DNA of 64,000 bases from Mobula hypostoma (taxonomy: Eukaryota). This document shows positions 1 through 13,299 of this stretch, in pieces (the first letter of the stretch is position 1; each line of letters begins with the position of its first letter). The position numbers and the translations under genes are program-made. Below the pieces are notes generated by a model, which was not told the origin of the DNA, did not search any database, and saw nothing but the letters and a program-made list of their open reading frames with translations. The stretch spans positions 26,474,001 through 26,538,000 of the forward strand of contig NC_086108.1 in NCBI RefSeq assembly GCF_963921235.1, given 5' to 3'.

Positions 1-581
1 AGTGGCTCCCTGATGCCCGCAAATTATATACAATATCACGGAAATCAATTTTTTTGAGAGCGAGCGAGAGAAAAGCAAGAGAGAGCGCACGCGCGAGAGG
101 GCGCGAGCGAGAGAGAGCGAGCAAGAAAGCGAGAGCGAAAGCAAGCGAAAGAGGGATAGAGGGCGAGCGAGAGAGCGTGCAAGCGAGAGCGCTTGAGAGC
201 GCACAAGCGACCACGAGAGAGCGAGAGAGAGCGCGAGTGAGAGCGCGCCATTGCAGTGTGTTCCAAAAAAAACGTACGTCACCCCAGACTGCACTGAAGT
301 GTACCCCTGCCTAATAGGGGTCAAAAATAATGACAGTGTTGCTCGCTGCACTGTTTGCAACAGTGACTTTTCTATTGCCCATGGTGGGTTAAGACTGTAA
401 AAGACATGGTGAGGTAAGTTTAACAGGTGTCATTTGTTCATTAGCATAGCTAACATTATTTAAACTAGCTGGCTAGCTGCTAAGGAGCTACTCTATTGCA
501 GACATCCCATCTCTCCCGGAAGTCTCCCACAAATTGATGCTACCTCTCTGAAATGAGTTTTTGCAGGATGGGATGTCCGCA
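1..581 (+). mobile_element. Non-autonomous hAT-like DNA transposon remnant (left end outside window) with a BED-type zinc-finger relic
   Basis: 272-413 reads TYVTPDCTEVYPCLIGVKNNDSVARCTVCNSDFSIAHGGL/(frameshift)DCKRHGE, followed by GTAAGT. An inverted repeat pairs 497-511 with 567-581. Confidence 0.6.
56..248. repeat. Degenerate (GA/GAGC)n low-complexity tract
   Basis: gagagcgagcgagag... run; explains ORFs 45..266 and 54..314. Confidence 0.9.
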
Positions 582-1099
582 GAGGTAATAAAAAATGGTA
601 CATCCTCCTCATTACCGGGCTGCCCTAGTGATAGAAGTCACACTTTTGGAAGATATTATGTACTCATGCTGCTCTGTGAATAATATTGCACTGTGACTCC
701 AACCTGAGTCTTATATAGTGCAAAGGCAGTGGGGAGTCAGGAGGAGAATTGCTACAAAACGCCTGTATTTTTGTGTGATTGTATTTATAGGTGGCTATAT
801 ATATAAATTTCTGAGGGGCTTTAATGAGTAGTAAATGTTTCATGGATTCATTTCAGTAGCAGAAGAGATGAGTACAGGCAGGAGAAGCAGTAATGGTGCC
901 CAGCCCCTGGTAGTGAACTTTTGTATTTTCTATGGTGTCTTTGCAATATCCACAGTAACAAATGTGTCTGCTGTAGTAATGCTGCTGTGTCTTTAACAGT
1001 GAATGCTTGCACCTTCTGTAAACCTGTTCAGCGAGTGCATGCAGAGACCACAACAAGTAACTCAAGAAGTCCTGTCAGACAGGGTACATTGATGACTTA

Positions 1100-1545
1100 A
1101 AGATTCAAGATTGCTTAATTGCATTTCCAGTACACAAGTGTACAGGAGAACGAAGGAATTGGTATCTGATGCAGCTCAAAACAAAACCACAACAGGATAA
1201 AGAACACAAAAGTTTTAAAAAAACACAATAAATATGAATTCTTTAGATAGCTTATATACATAGATTGACCGTGTGTCCATAAAGTGGATGCTAGGCACAT
1301 GTGGGTCTATCCATAATGAGACTCTGACAGGAATGGTGGTTGGGAGTGTGGAAGGGCGGGATTGTAGGTGGAGGTGTTGATCAGCTTTACTGCTTGGGGA
1401 ATGGAACCGTTTTTTTGCGTCTTGTAGTCTTGCCATGGATGCTACGTAGCCTCCTGCCTGATGAGAGTGGAACAAACAGTCCATGAGCAGGGTGGATGGG
1501 ATCCTACATGATGCTACTGGCCTTTCTCTGGCACCTTTCTGAATA
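1100..1545 (-). mobile_element. Rex1/Babar-type LINE 3' fragment
   Basis: Minus strand encodes a decayed C-terminus (..DPIHPAHGLFVPLSSGRRLRSI..) followed by a 3' UTR with a (TTGAATC)-like tail. Confidence 0.75.
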
Positions 1546-2417
1546 TATGTGTATAACCGTGGAATTTGTAGAAAAATCCAGAAAACAGAATTGGCTAGAT
1601 TGATAATATCAAAGGTGCTGGGCCAAGAACGCATCCTCAATCTGCGCTACACTTTCACAACCTCAGACATGCAGGCAGACTGTGGACGGGTTCAGCAATC
1701 ACGCTCCTGAATATGTATGCTCCAACCAATTAATGTTTCGTTGTGGTGGTATGCAACTCCCTTCCTCTTGTTCCAGTCTTGTCAAGACTTTACCAAGAGC
1801 AGAATAACAGCAATGCTCCCTGTTTACCATTGTCCTGGTTCTGGGAAAGAAGAATACGATTTAGACATGTTGTTTAGTATTAAGCTACTACTGCTGAGCC
1901 ACGGTATCAGCGTTAGATTTAGTGTGAAAGTTCTAGTTAATGGCTCTGTTGGCCTGGCGTTTATTGTTTTTCCTTAGTTCTGCACAGTTCCTATTAAAGT
2001 TAATGAACTGGTCATCTGCTTCAGTGTCTATCCCTCTGTATTTGGGTCGCATAGTTGTGTCAACACTATTTGATAGCTCTAATATCCCTTCCTTCTATTC
2101 ATGTACCACCGCAAAAATGGAACAATGTTCCTGATAATGAGTGTGTGGTGTGTGGTATCATTCTGTGTATACATATACAAAACGTTCCTATATCCCCTCT
2201 ACTGAATGTATTCACTACTCCTGGTGAATACCTGTAAGGGATGCAGGAATGTTTTGTATAACAATATCTCACACATACAGGTAATCTGGTAATCTTCATT
2301 TATGGTGAATGTGTGCAGGAGAGGGAGTAAAATGGCTCAGTCTCCTTCATAGTGAGTGCATGTAGGACGTGTACTGTGATTCATAAACTCTGAGTGGATG
2401 TCTGTGGAGGTTGCTTT

Positions 2418-2796
2418 AATGGTGTTCATTTCATTCGTTATGTGCCATGTCATATGACATGGGCGATCATAGTTTTTTCATCACCATGATTACTCTTGGG
2501 AGAAGTGGTTTGCCATCGCTTTCTTCTGGGCAGTGTCTTTAGAAGACGGGTGACCCCTGCCATTATCAATACTCTTCAGAGATTGCCTGCCTGGTGTCAG
2601 TGGTCGCATAACCAGGAGTTGTGATATGCACCAGCTAGTCATATGACCATCTACCACTGGCTCCCATAGCTTCACATGACCCTGATCAGGGGGCTAAGCA
2701 GGTGCTACACCTTGCCCATGGGTGACCTGCGAGCTTGCGGAGAGAAGGAACCCTTTGCACTTCCTTTGGTAGGGATGTATCTTCACCCTGCCACCC
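2418..2796. mobile_element. RTE-related SINE/non-autonomous element
   Basis: Contains AGAAGTGGTTTGCCATCGCTTTCTTC and CCTTGCCCATGGGTGACC motifs resembling BovB/Sauria-type RTE-associated SINEs (recognised from memory). Confidence 0.5.
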
Positions 2797-4279
2797 TTTA
2801 ATGGTGTAGAGATTTTTATTATGTGCATTGTGATTGTACGTGAGAGTCTGCAGTAGATGCAGTACTGATACATTGTCCCGTATGTAAAATATATGTAGAC
2901 CCTCCAATAACAACGTGCAACGGTGTGTGGTGGGGCTACAACAAAGAAGAATCATTCCTCACACTGATTGCCTGCAGGGACTGCAGCAATGGTGAAGTAA
3001 CTGTTTGTAATCAATATTTGTTGGATTTGCAGTGGCATCCACTAGTGAATGCACACAGCTGTGAAGGAACATAAGTACAGCCATTTGTCTGGTCCAATGC
3101 TCCTTAATGAATGTGTGTAGAGGACAGACTAATGATACAACATCCATCACAATAAGTGTGTACAGAAGCCACAACACGTGGTTAAGGTCAGGAGTTACAT
3201 TGCCAAATGTAATGGAGCATCTAAATTTAGCAACAGAAAGTTGAATAAATAAATAATTGACAAAAAAATGTTTAATGATCATGGGGAAAGAGCAGAAACA
3301 TGAGACCAAAGTGATTTTTATTTCCAATGATCGGTCACAGTCTGGTCTCCTTCAGTGCAATAAATCTTCTATTGATTACTGGTGGGTGGGCAGTAATGCT
3401 CACCTTACTAATGATGCTCACAATCTAAAGAAAGGAAATCTGCAACATAGATCTCATACCCAATTTTTAATTGCTGCCACCCAATGCCACTAAAATGAAG
3501 GTATTTCCAGGTGTCACATTCATAGGGATAATTCAGGATCCTGTCCCATAGGGCAGAAGAACCGTCTTGTTTGCTTATCAAATAACAACTGTGTCCCTAC
3601 TCCAGTGCCAATGAAATTATTGTGGGGTGATGATGTAGGCAATTAATGCAAATTCAAGTCCAAGAGCAACTATGAGTCCAATTGCAACTACTAATTCTGC
3701 ACTTTATTACTCCATAAGAGAAATTTGGGTAAGTACATGGATGGGAAGAATATGGAGGTTTATGGTTTAGGTGCATATCAATGGGACTAGATGGACCATA
3801 AGGCCTGGTTCTGTGCTGTAGTGCTCTATCTATGATTCTAATAGAGCAAAGTACCTCCACAGGAAATATGATGAACAGCTGTAGTAGTAGTTCAGTGAAT
3901 GGGTTGAGGCTGTGATAAAGGAGCAATGGCTCTGATTAATTTGTTTGGTGTTGGTAGTAATGATGAGGAAGAGACTTGATTCTGTCACTAATGGTACAGT
4001 GTCAAAAACTTTATTATTGTTATCAGCATTGTCCATTTTTTATCATGTGGAAGATGTGCAGAATTGGGTGCAGAACTATCAATCCAATGCTTGGGATTAT
4101 TTGAAGGAACCATTGGTATGGTTGCTTGGAAGGTGTACTTGGAACTGTACAGTTGCAGTTTAGTTGAAGAGTTGGTACCACTGCATCAACATTGCTGGGA
4201 CTCAGTTTCGATCCTGAACGTGGGTGAACCTTGCATCTTCTCTCTGTGACTGCACAGGTTTCCAATGTTGGTCAGATAG

Positions 4280-5660
4280 TTAGAATCTAGAATTAAAATT
4301 AGCATTGAATTTCTTGCATCTATCTCACAACATGAAGGAGTAAAAATGTGGGAGGATTATACACTAATTGTTTTGTTTGCATGTGTGTACAGTCAGATAC
4401 AATATACAGTCAGATTTGCAATCGGCTAAAGGTGTACTGATAATTCTTATGGCCCACTGAAAGAAGCTGTCCCGTAGCCTGCTAGTCCTGCCCTTAACAT
4501 TTGCCATATGGAGGTAGATGAAACAATTTGTGGCTGGGTGGTTGGAGTCCCTGATGATCCTTCTAACGCACCTGCTGCTGTACATATCCTGAATAGAGGG
4601 AAGTTCACATCTACAGATGTGCTGGGCTGTCTGCACCACTCTCTGCAGTGCCCTGCAGCTGAGGGTAGTAAATTTCCATACCGGGTGATGACACAGTCAG
4701 TCACGATGCTCACGGTGGTGCACCTGTAGAAGTCCTGAGAACTTAGAGACTCATGCCAAACTTCTTCAGCCGTCTGAGGTGAAAGAGGCGCTGTTGTGCT
4801 TTTTCACTGCAAAGCCGATATGTACAGTCCAGGTGAGATCCTTGATGATGTGTACACTGAGGAATTTGAAACTGCTCACCCTCTGAACTACAGTCTCATT
4901 GACATTAATAGGTGCTAGCTTGCCTCCATTCCACCTATCTACGATCTACGATCAACTCCTTCAGTTTTTCGACACTGATGGAGAGGTTGTTTTCTTGGCA
5001 CCACTGTGTCAGGGCATTGCCTTCTCCTCTGCAGGCTGTCTCATCTTTGTTGGAAATAAGGCCTATCAATGTCGTGTCAATTGGAAGTTTGATCAGCAGA
5101 TTGGAGCTATGCATAGCAACATGGTTGTGGATGTATATGGAGCAGGGTTGAGGGTCAGAGGGCAGTGGTGAGGGTACCCATCCTTTCCATCTGCCAGTGA
5201 TCCGACAAGAAGTCCAAGTTCCAGCTGCACAACACGGGGTGCAGACCAAGGTCTCTGAGCTTCTTGTTAAGCCTGTGGGGATTTATGGTGTTGAATGCTG
5301 AACTGTAGTTCAAGAACAGCAATCTATCATAAGCAACCCTCCTCTCCAGGTGAGTGAGGACGGTGTGTAGCGTTGTGGTTATGGAACCATCTGTCGATCG
5401 GTTGTGTCGGTAGGAAAATTGTAGGGGATCCATGCTGCAGATGTAGTCCTTGTCCAGCCTCTCAAAGCATTTGCTTATGGTTGAGGTGAGTGCGACAAGA
5501 CACCAATCATTCAGACATGCTACCTTGATTTTCTTCAGTACAGGGACAATGGTGGATGTTTTGAAACAGGAGGGCACTTTACAGTGGGAGAGGGAAAGAT
5601 TAAAAATGTCCATAAACACACCAGCCAGCTGTGTTGCGTACCCTTTGAGAACTTGCCCTG
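4280..5660 (-). mobile_element. 5'-truncated, frameshifted Rex1/Babar LINE (RT region)
   Basis: ORFs 5155..5742, 4935..5249 and 4364..4639 carry DIFNLSL..PSCFKTSTIVPV, DPLQFSYR.NRST, LFLNYSSAFNTI, WCQENNLSI and RIIRDSNHP. Confidence 0.9.
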
Positions 5661-6329
5661 TTGAGTTAAATACACTCTGTAATTTTGCTGGAAGCTTATT
5701 TGGAAACTGGATATCGACACCCTTGGTATGCACTAATAACAAAATGAATCAAAGAGGAGTTGATTAAGTTGCAGGCACACAGAAGAAGGAAAGAGGAAAT
5801 AGAATATGGAATAGAAGTGGGGATTGCTCTACTGGGAGCTGGTACAAAGCTGATGGGCTGACTGATCTGAACACTCACAATGTTAAAATAGGATAAAAAG
5901 ATCAAAGAGTTGTCATCTCTCCAAAATATCTTATTCATCCGTAGTTGTTATTGTATTTAGAGCCTTTTTGGTTTTATCTTGATTTCAATCGACAACCCCT
6001 GCAATTTAGCTGAATTTGTTATTTTTGGGCTGTTGGTTTGGCCTTCTAACTGCTTTCATGTAGCAGGTGGATATATATTTAGTAATGTATTGTTTCATTA
6101 ATGCTATATAGATCGTATAGACTGTTAACAACATGAAGTATCTTGAAAACGAGGTGATGTAAGAGCAACTGAATGCCAACAAGTTCTTTCTTGGGTACTA
6201 GGCAGGATGCAAAAAGACATTGAAGTGTCAAGTGAGAAGCAGACAGCACAGGAGGAAGAAGATATCAAGGAGACAAGTAGACAGGTGCAAGGTGGATGGA
6301 CAGAAGGAGGAGCAGTGGTTAGTCGAAGT

Positions 6330-6750
6330 GAAGTTAACTGCCACATGCACAAGTATACATATGCACAGGTGTGATGAAAAAACTTACTTACAGCCTCATC
6401 ACTGGCACATAACATCAGAGACACAACTTTTACAATAAATTAAACATAATGAATACAAAATTATGGAAGAAAGAATAAAATTAGAACAATTTAAGAAAGT
6501 CCAACTTAGTGCAAAGTTATCAAGGTGGTTAGTGTTGCTATACTAGCCTAGTGATTATGGTTTTGCAGGCCAGTTCAAGAACTGAATGGTTGAAGGGGAG
6601 TGCCTGTTCTTGAACCTGGTGTTGTGGAGCTTCAGTCCTTGTACCTCCCGCAAGAAGATGACATGGCCTAGATGGTGGGGTCTTTGATAATAGATGTTGC
6701 CTTCTTGAAGCAGTGTCTCATATAGGTACTTTTAATGGTGGGGAGAAATG
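6330..6750 (-). mobile_element. Old Rex1-type LINE 3' fragment
   Basis: GTTCAAGAACTGAATGGTTGAAGGG...TTCTTGAACCTGGT...GGTGGGGTCTTTGAT matches the other Rex1 3' ends in the window. Confidence 0.65.
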
Positions 6751-7758
6751 GGCCTCAAAGTACAGAGAAACAAATAGGACTGATGGGCTGCTCTGCTGAG
6801 AGAAGTTCTGGACCTGTATATAATGTTGTTGATGGGAGCTTCACCTTGCTTATTATCAGGTTGTTAATCATCCTTAGGATTCATTAGCTGGGCTGTTGAT
6901 CGAACACTTGACTTTGGTAAAATGGAGAAGTCAATGGTGAAGGTTGAACATCTGGAAGAAGAAAATACAAGAAAACCAATTTAGGATCAGTTAAATGAGA
7001 GAAAAGCTGTGAATAGGTTAACGGCAGACAAATTTGGAGGCTAGTGAAGGACACATCACTGGAGAATCCAGCAGGCTATCAAGTATCATGAAGAGAATTG
7101 CATTGATTTTAAAGGACAGAGATTCAGTAGAGGTTATCGCTTGCCCTTGAGTAAATTAGTTGCACAAAGTATTGATTGGACCTAAAATAAGATTCAGGAA
7201 CACCTGCAGCTGAGCTTATTGATGTGTGTTTAGGTGTAATTACAATTTACTCTGTATATTGCATAGCTGCTTCTGACATGCACACCTTGCTGGTGTCAGT
7301 AGTAAATGAAAGTCGCATTGTATTTGTGGTTAGATTTTTACCGAAGTATTTTCTCTTCTGAGGTTATCTCCCATTAAAGCCAAATTGTTGCTTGTACTTT
7401 GATGTGTGCATTGTATAGCACATAACAGCACTCCTGACAGGTCACTTGTTACAGGCCAGAAATGGAAATTTTGATTCCACCAAGTCAGTGCTGCTTAAGG
7501 TTACGTACTTGTCCAAAATGTAGGTCATGAACACTTTTCTGGAGCGTCAGGGAATTGGGACAGATTAATCCTGGACTCACTTTGTTGTCCATTCGCAGTT
7601 CATCAGGGCACCTACTTCACCTACAACACTGCCTTAATGTCAAAGCTTTCCTGGTCTGAAATGTCTTCAGTTTTTCTACAGATTTTACACTTTGCATTTT
7701 CCTATGAAGCAACAACATGTGCAGGCGGAGTTCTCAAATAATCCAATCTGGAATTAAA

Positions 7759-7794
7759 AGTCCTGACGAAGGGTCTCGGCCTGAAACGTCGACT
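7759..7794 (+). ncRNA. Minimal type I hammerhead ribozyme (Penelope-type)
   Basis: AGUC/GACU helix I, CUGACGA core, helix II GGGU-CUCG-GCCU, GAAA, palindromic ACGU helix III. Predicted GUC cleavage after 7790. Confidence 0.8.
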
Positions 7795-7859
7795 GCACCT
7801 CTTCCTATAGATGCTGCTTGGCCTGCTGCGTTCACCAGCAACTTTGATGTATGTTGCTT
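7760..7859 (+). mobile_element. 100-bp Penelope-tail mini-insertion consisting of a hammerhead plus tail
   Basis: Near-identical to the end of the Penelope copy at 43369-43466; flanked by the 9-bp duplication GAATTAAAA (7751-7759 / 7860-7868). Confidence 0.85.
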
Positions 7860-8760
7860 GAATTAAAACATTTGTTTCTTCCTGAGATGATGTGCTGTTA
7901 TCCATTGGTGTTAGATTGGGAGGAGACAGTATGCCAAAACCCCACTCTCCCGCTACCTCAGGAGAGATTGGGAGATGGGAAAGGGGTTCATGGCTACACC
8001 AGGCTGCAGAGGTTGGGTGGCTCTGCTACTGAGTCAGAGCGGAGGGAGGTGGAGAACAACCAGAGGTGGTGGGGCAGGAGAGGAGAGGAGCAACCTCACT
8101 CTAAGGACCAATAACCAAAAATGACTGGAGAGAAGGGCTGCAGGGAAAGTTGGAGACATGGAGTGAGGGTAGGGTGGGATAGTAATGGAACCGGAAAGAG
8201 AGAGAGCAAACCAGCAGAAGATATGGGGTTGTCGGAATAGTTTTGGGAATTTAGAACTGGGAAAATATAAAGGTGAAAACCTGTTCAGGACTAAAAACAT
8301 TCGACTGTCATGCTATGTTAGCACTGGTCCTGCATGTACACATACATGTACACAAAAGAACACAGATATTACACTAAAATGCCTCTTTCTAAATCTTCTG
8401 CAGCTTTGCATTCACACGGTTGCCACATGACTTCATTGGGATTGTACTTATTATCTGCAATAAATGCTGAAAACAACTTAATTACCTCATAATTGATCGC
8501 ATTATTAGTGTAATTAATCAATGAAACCTGGGAGAACACAGGTAAGCATTGCAGGTTGATGGGAATAGAACAGGAAAATGCTGTAATAGTGTAACATAAG
8601 GTGGGTCTTGAGAAGGCTAAGATCGATCGTTTATGGTCCTGACATAGAAATGTCCATTCTGTATTGCACTAGCATTGCTTTCAGCTATGACAAGAAAGTT
8701 GAAGGTATTTTCTTTCCATAATTGCTTCTAGACCTTTTCCTATACACCTAAACATCAGCT

Positions 8761-9064
8761 GGGGTGCCACGGTAGCAGAGTCGTTAGTGTGATCCCATTA
8801 TAGGTCAGGTGACGGAGTTCAGAGTTCATTACTGCTTCCTCTGTAAGGAGTCCCCTTGGAATACATGGGTTTTCTCTGGGTCCTCCGATTTCCTCCCACA
8901 ATCTAAAGACATGCCATGTAGATTAATTGGTCATTGTAAATTGTCCCGTCATTAGATGAGGGTTAAATTGGGGTTGTCAGGGGTTGCTGGGCAGTGTGGC
9001 ACAAAGGGCCAGAAGGGCCTATTCCATGCTGTATCTCCAAATAAAAATAAATAAAATAAAATAA
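8761..9064 (+). mobile_element. tRNA-derived HE1/V-SINE-like SINE
   Basis: tRNA-like head, V-domain-like TGGGTTTTCTCTGGGTCCTCCGATTTCCTCCCACAATCTAAAGAC, CR1-like tail GGGCCAGAAGGGCCTATTCCATGCTGTATCT and an (AAATA)n end. A partial second copy follows at about 9075-9250. Confidence 0.8.
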
Positions 9065-9270
9065 CTCTCTTGTGCCTGTGGTGTAGTTAATTGAGATGCT
9101 CTCTGACATTACCAAAGACCTAGGATCATCCTGAGTGGAGCCTACATGTTCTCCCAACTATGACATTGGTTTCCTCCAAGTGCTCTGGTTTCCTCACACA
9201 TCCCAAGAGTGCACAGATTGTCCCCAGTGAGTAGGTGAATGGTAGAATATAGGAGATGTTTATAAGAATG

Positions 9271-9900
9271 TTCAAAGTTCAAAGTAAATTAATTATCAAA
9301 GCAACACTTTCAGTACGCTGGATGAACTCAGCAGGTCGGGCAACATCAGTCAGAAACGATGAGTCGACGTTTTGGGCCGGAACGCTTTGTTCGTTTGATC
9401 TTTTACAGCATCTGCAGACTGTTTTGTATTTAAAATTAATTATCAAAGTATGTATGTTACCTTACACTAACTTGAGATTCATTTTATTGCAGGCATTTAT
9501 AGGATAAAAAGGAAATAGAATAGAATTTCATGAAAAACTATATATAAACAGGCAAAGAATAACTAACAATTAATAAGCAAAAGAAGACGAACTGTGTAAA
9601 TAAAAAAATAATACTGAGAACAAGAGTTATAAAGAGTCCTTGAACATAAGTCTGTATGTTTGAGTAGTGGTGATTGAAGTTATCCAAGCCTGTTCAGTAG
9701 CCTGATGACTGTAGGGTAATAACTCTTCTAGAACCTGATAGTATGGAACCTCAGACTTCGGTATCTCCTGCCCGGTGGTAGTAGTGTGAAGAGGGCATGG
9801 TCTAGATGGTGGGGCTCTTTGATGATGGTTGTTGCTTTCTTGTGACAGTTAAATAAATTCTGGGGAGGGCTTTGGCTATGACAGGCTGGTCTGCATCTAC
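9271..9900 (-). mobile_element. Rex1-type LINE 3' fragment interrupted by a Penelope-tail mini-element (9302-9432)
   Basis: TTCAAAG tail and Rex1 3' UTR. The insert is bounded by the 16-bp duplication AAATTAATTATCAAAG (9286-9301 / 9433-9448). Confidence 0.75.
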
Positions 9901-10299
9901 CCCTTGTATGAAGAATAAAACATGGGGATTAATGTTGTGTTAGTATAAATAGTTGGTATAGCATGATAGCGGAAGATATGACTGAATAGGCAATGCCCAG
10001 CATTCAACGAAGTAAGACAGTTTACAAAAGATAAGTAGTCCTTTATAGGGATCAGAAACAAATAGGTAAAATGGTTCATCTGTGGTCTCTATGAGGAGGA
10101 AGTAAAGATTGATTTAATCCAAGGAAGAGGTTCATAAATTTGCTTGGAAGGGCGGTAAACCAGAGATTCTTGGAGTTCAGTAGAAGAGACCCTAGCAATA
10201 AAGTATGAGGTAAACAGAAGAAAAACACAAAAATGAACTATAATAGACATGTAACATGGAAAAGATTACTCATAAATTACTCTAATCCTATTTACAGAT

Positions 10300-10720
10300 A
10301 TTAGGATCACACCCTTCTGTGCCTGGCCTCTTTTACATGTCTGTCTAAATGTCTCTTAATTTTAGTGATTGTATCTAATTCCACCACCTCCTCTGGTAGT
10401 ACTTTCCAAATATCAACCACCTTCTATAATTAGAAGACTAACCCACAGGTCCCCTTCGAAGCTCCTTCCATTCACCTTCAGCCTGTGCCCTTCTTGATTT
10501 GGATACCACAACTAATGGGGAAAAAGATTCTATTAAAACCTTCCATAATCTTTCATGCTTCTATCAGCACTCCACTATCCAGGGAAAATAATCTCAGCTG
10601 ATCCAATCTCCCTCCAGAATTAGGAAGCATCCTGGAGAATCTCCTTTGCTCTACTTCTAGTTCAATCACATCCTTCTTATAAGTGTGATGACCAGAACTG
10701 CACACAGTACTCCAAATTAT
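10300..10720 (-). mobile_element. Old CR1 LINE 3' fragment
   Basis: GACCAGAACTGCACACAGTACTCCAA (LEYCVQFW on minus) and CR1 3' motifs. Confidence 0.65.
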
Positions 10721-12084
10721 GTTTAAAAATTGGCATATTATAGCTGCAGTTTAAAAAAATGATGGGCAGCGAGAGGCTTAAAGCATTATCGAGTGGAAGG
10801 AAAATTAATCGAGGTTTATGTTCTTTGGTAATGATTTCATATTGTCAGTTGCTTTTGCCAAATATTTGCTTGAAAAGCTTAAGTGACTGAAAAAAAATCA
10901 GCATGTGCTTGCTTTATTATTTGCACAGTGCACAGGATGAATACTGGTAAACTGAAGTAAAAGCGGACAGATGAATGCTAAACTGAAGATTTCAATCCAG
11001 TCCTGCAGCATAAAAGGGAACATGTTCAAATTAAGTGAGCAAATTAGAAGCTACTCCACATCAGTGTGCTTGAAAAGCTAGGCATTGCATGCTGATAAGA
11101 GCATTACCCTTGCTTTAGTCTGGCACAGTTAGTGCTTCCCGTCGAAATCAAATTAAATTAATAGGAAATAAAACAACTTTACCAGGTCTAGAGAGGTTGG
11201 AGTCACATCAACTAAAAAGAAACAAAATTCATAGTAACTAAAAAGCAACAAATATTTAAGCAGCTTCTGTCCCTCAGGATTATTGGACTTCCAAGACAAA
11301 GTTGTTGTTGCCAATGTTTTGCTCCACGAGTGCATTCATTACAGTGGCAGTTCACAGCAGGTACCTGATATAAGATGATTATATGTTCACAATTAAATGA
11401 AACAAAAATGGCTGCAGATTAAGGGCTGTTCAGTAACACAGGAGTCAGAGATCCTCAGCTTTCCTTTGAAGGCTATTTACTGTATTCAAACACCAGCTCA
11501 GTGATGGTGGCACTGCCTTAGGTTCTGAGTCAGAAAGCTCTGACTACAAGACCTGTATCTGAATATCAGTGTATAATCCAGTGGCGTGCAGATAAAGGTG
11601 TCCTGTGTTTTACTTATTTACTAGATTGGGCTGAATGCTTCTGTCAAAGGAAAAAAACTAAACAAAAAAAAATGAGGAAGACTAATAGATCTCACTTAAC
11701 AAAGACTTGAGACTCGTGGGATGAATAGACTTCTCACTGAAATGTTTATCATCCTTGTAATTACACAATCGAAACATTTGGGTCCAGAAGTTTCTGTTGT
11801 GGCTTCGGTACAAGGAATGTCAAGGTCATTTTGTAAGCAAGCCAACTGGAATTCTATATTTCCAGGTAGAAACTATTCTTTGGTTTTTGACTTTTTTAAC
11901 ATAATCTCATCACTGCTATAACCACCCCATTTCTATTATATCTCCATTTGTTCTGTCACTCTTCCTCTCTCTCAGTCAAAATAGGACACCCACAGAATTG
12001 GGAAGCTTGTGGCTTTGTGCCAGGAAATCATTCTTAAGGTGGTTGATTCAGTGAGTAGATTAAAAGCACTTTAAAACACAAGAA

Positions 12085-12335
12085 CAGAAAACAAAAATGG
12101 TGGAAAAACTCAGCAGGCCAGTGAACATTTGTGGAAAGGGAAACGGTTTCATCAAAGAATCTGCTGGAAGAACTCAATGGGTCAAGCTGCATCTGTGGAA
12201 GGAAAGGAATGTCAAGATTTCGACCCAAATCATCAACAATTCCTTTTGTTGCAGAGATGCTGCCTAACCTGAGGAGTTCACCCAGAATCGTGTTTGTTGC
12301 TCCAGTTCCAAAATCTTCAGTCTGTTGCCTCTTCA
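12085..12335. mobile_element. Decayed Penelope-tail fragments in inverted arrangement
   Basis: GGAAGAACTCA...GCATCTGTGGA... followed by CAGAGATGCTGCCTAACCTGAGGAGTT...TGTTTGTTGCTCCAG, resembling the younger palindromic copies. Confidence 0.55.
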
Positions 12336-12635
12336 GTTAACATTACATCTATGGAACTATTAAACAATTTCTATCATTATCAGTTTTTATTTCAGATTTA
12401 TGACATCTGCAATTTGCTAGTCTTGTTCCCGATTCTAGTGCTTTAAGCAAGCTATTGAATATCTTCTTGGTCTGCTCCTGGTCGTCATTTTGACAACTAA
12501 TTTCTGTGACAATTTTGTTGGATATTTGTCTTGTCATTTAAATTTGTCCCTTGCCTTCTTTTCACCTTCATCATTCTTCTTGTTATGTTTCTTCTACCTA
12601 ATTTTCATTTGTCAATCTTCCTCATCTTCCTATTT

Positions 12636-13299
12636 ATTAGATTAGATTAGATTATGAGGACACGCAGTCCTCTTTTATTGTCATTTAGTAATGCATGCAT
12701 TAAGAAATGATACAATGTTCCTCCAGTGTGATATCACAGAAGCACAAGACAGACCAAGACTGAAAAAACTGACAAAAACCACATAATTATAACATATAGT
12801 TACAACAGTGCAAGCAATACCATAATTTGATAGAAGAACAGACCATGGGCACGGTAAAAAACATCTCAGAGTCTCTCGAAAGTCCCAACATCTCACATAG
12901 ATGGTAGAAGGAAGAAAACTCTCCCTGCCATGAGCTTCCAGCACCGCAAACTTGCTGATGCAGCATCCTGGAAGCACCCGACCACAGTCCAACTCTCAGT
13001 CCATCTGAAAACTTCGAGCCTCTGACCAGCCCTCCGACACCGAGCACCGAGCACCATCTCTGCCAAGCGCTTCGACCCCAACCCCGGCTGCCAGCAACAG
13101 GCAAAGCCGAGGATTTGGGGCCTTCCCCTCTGGAGATTCTTGATCGCACAGTAGCAGCGGCAGCAAACCAGGCATTTCAGAAGTTTCTCCAGATGTTCCT
13201 CCATGCTTCTCATGTCTGTCACCATCAAATCAGGATTGTGCATGCCCCCTATTTAACAAATACGATATAATTTCACCGGAGAGGCCGCGCGTGCTGCGT
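12636..13299 (-). mobile_element. Non-coding bipartite retroposon with a Rex1-like 3' tail and (CTAAT)n end; copy 1
   Basis: Aligns along its length with 35397-36088; ATTAG repeats at the left end; no coherent ORF. Confidence 0.75.

Noticed and set aside
45..314. Arg/Glu/Ala-rich and Ser/Leu-rich ORFs
   Set aside because: Translations of the GA/GC low-complexity tract.
11500..11595. Possible DeuSINE/SacSINE-like relics (also about 28690-28790 and 57020-57140)
   Set aside because: Similarity recalled only loosely and too degraded to support as features.
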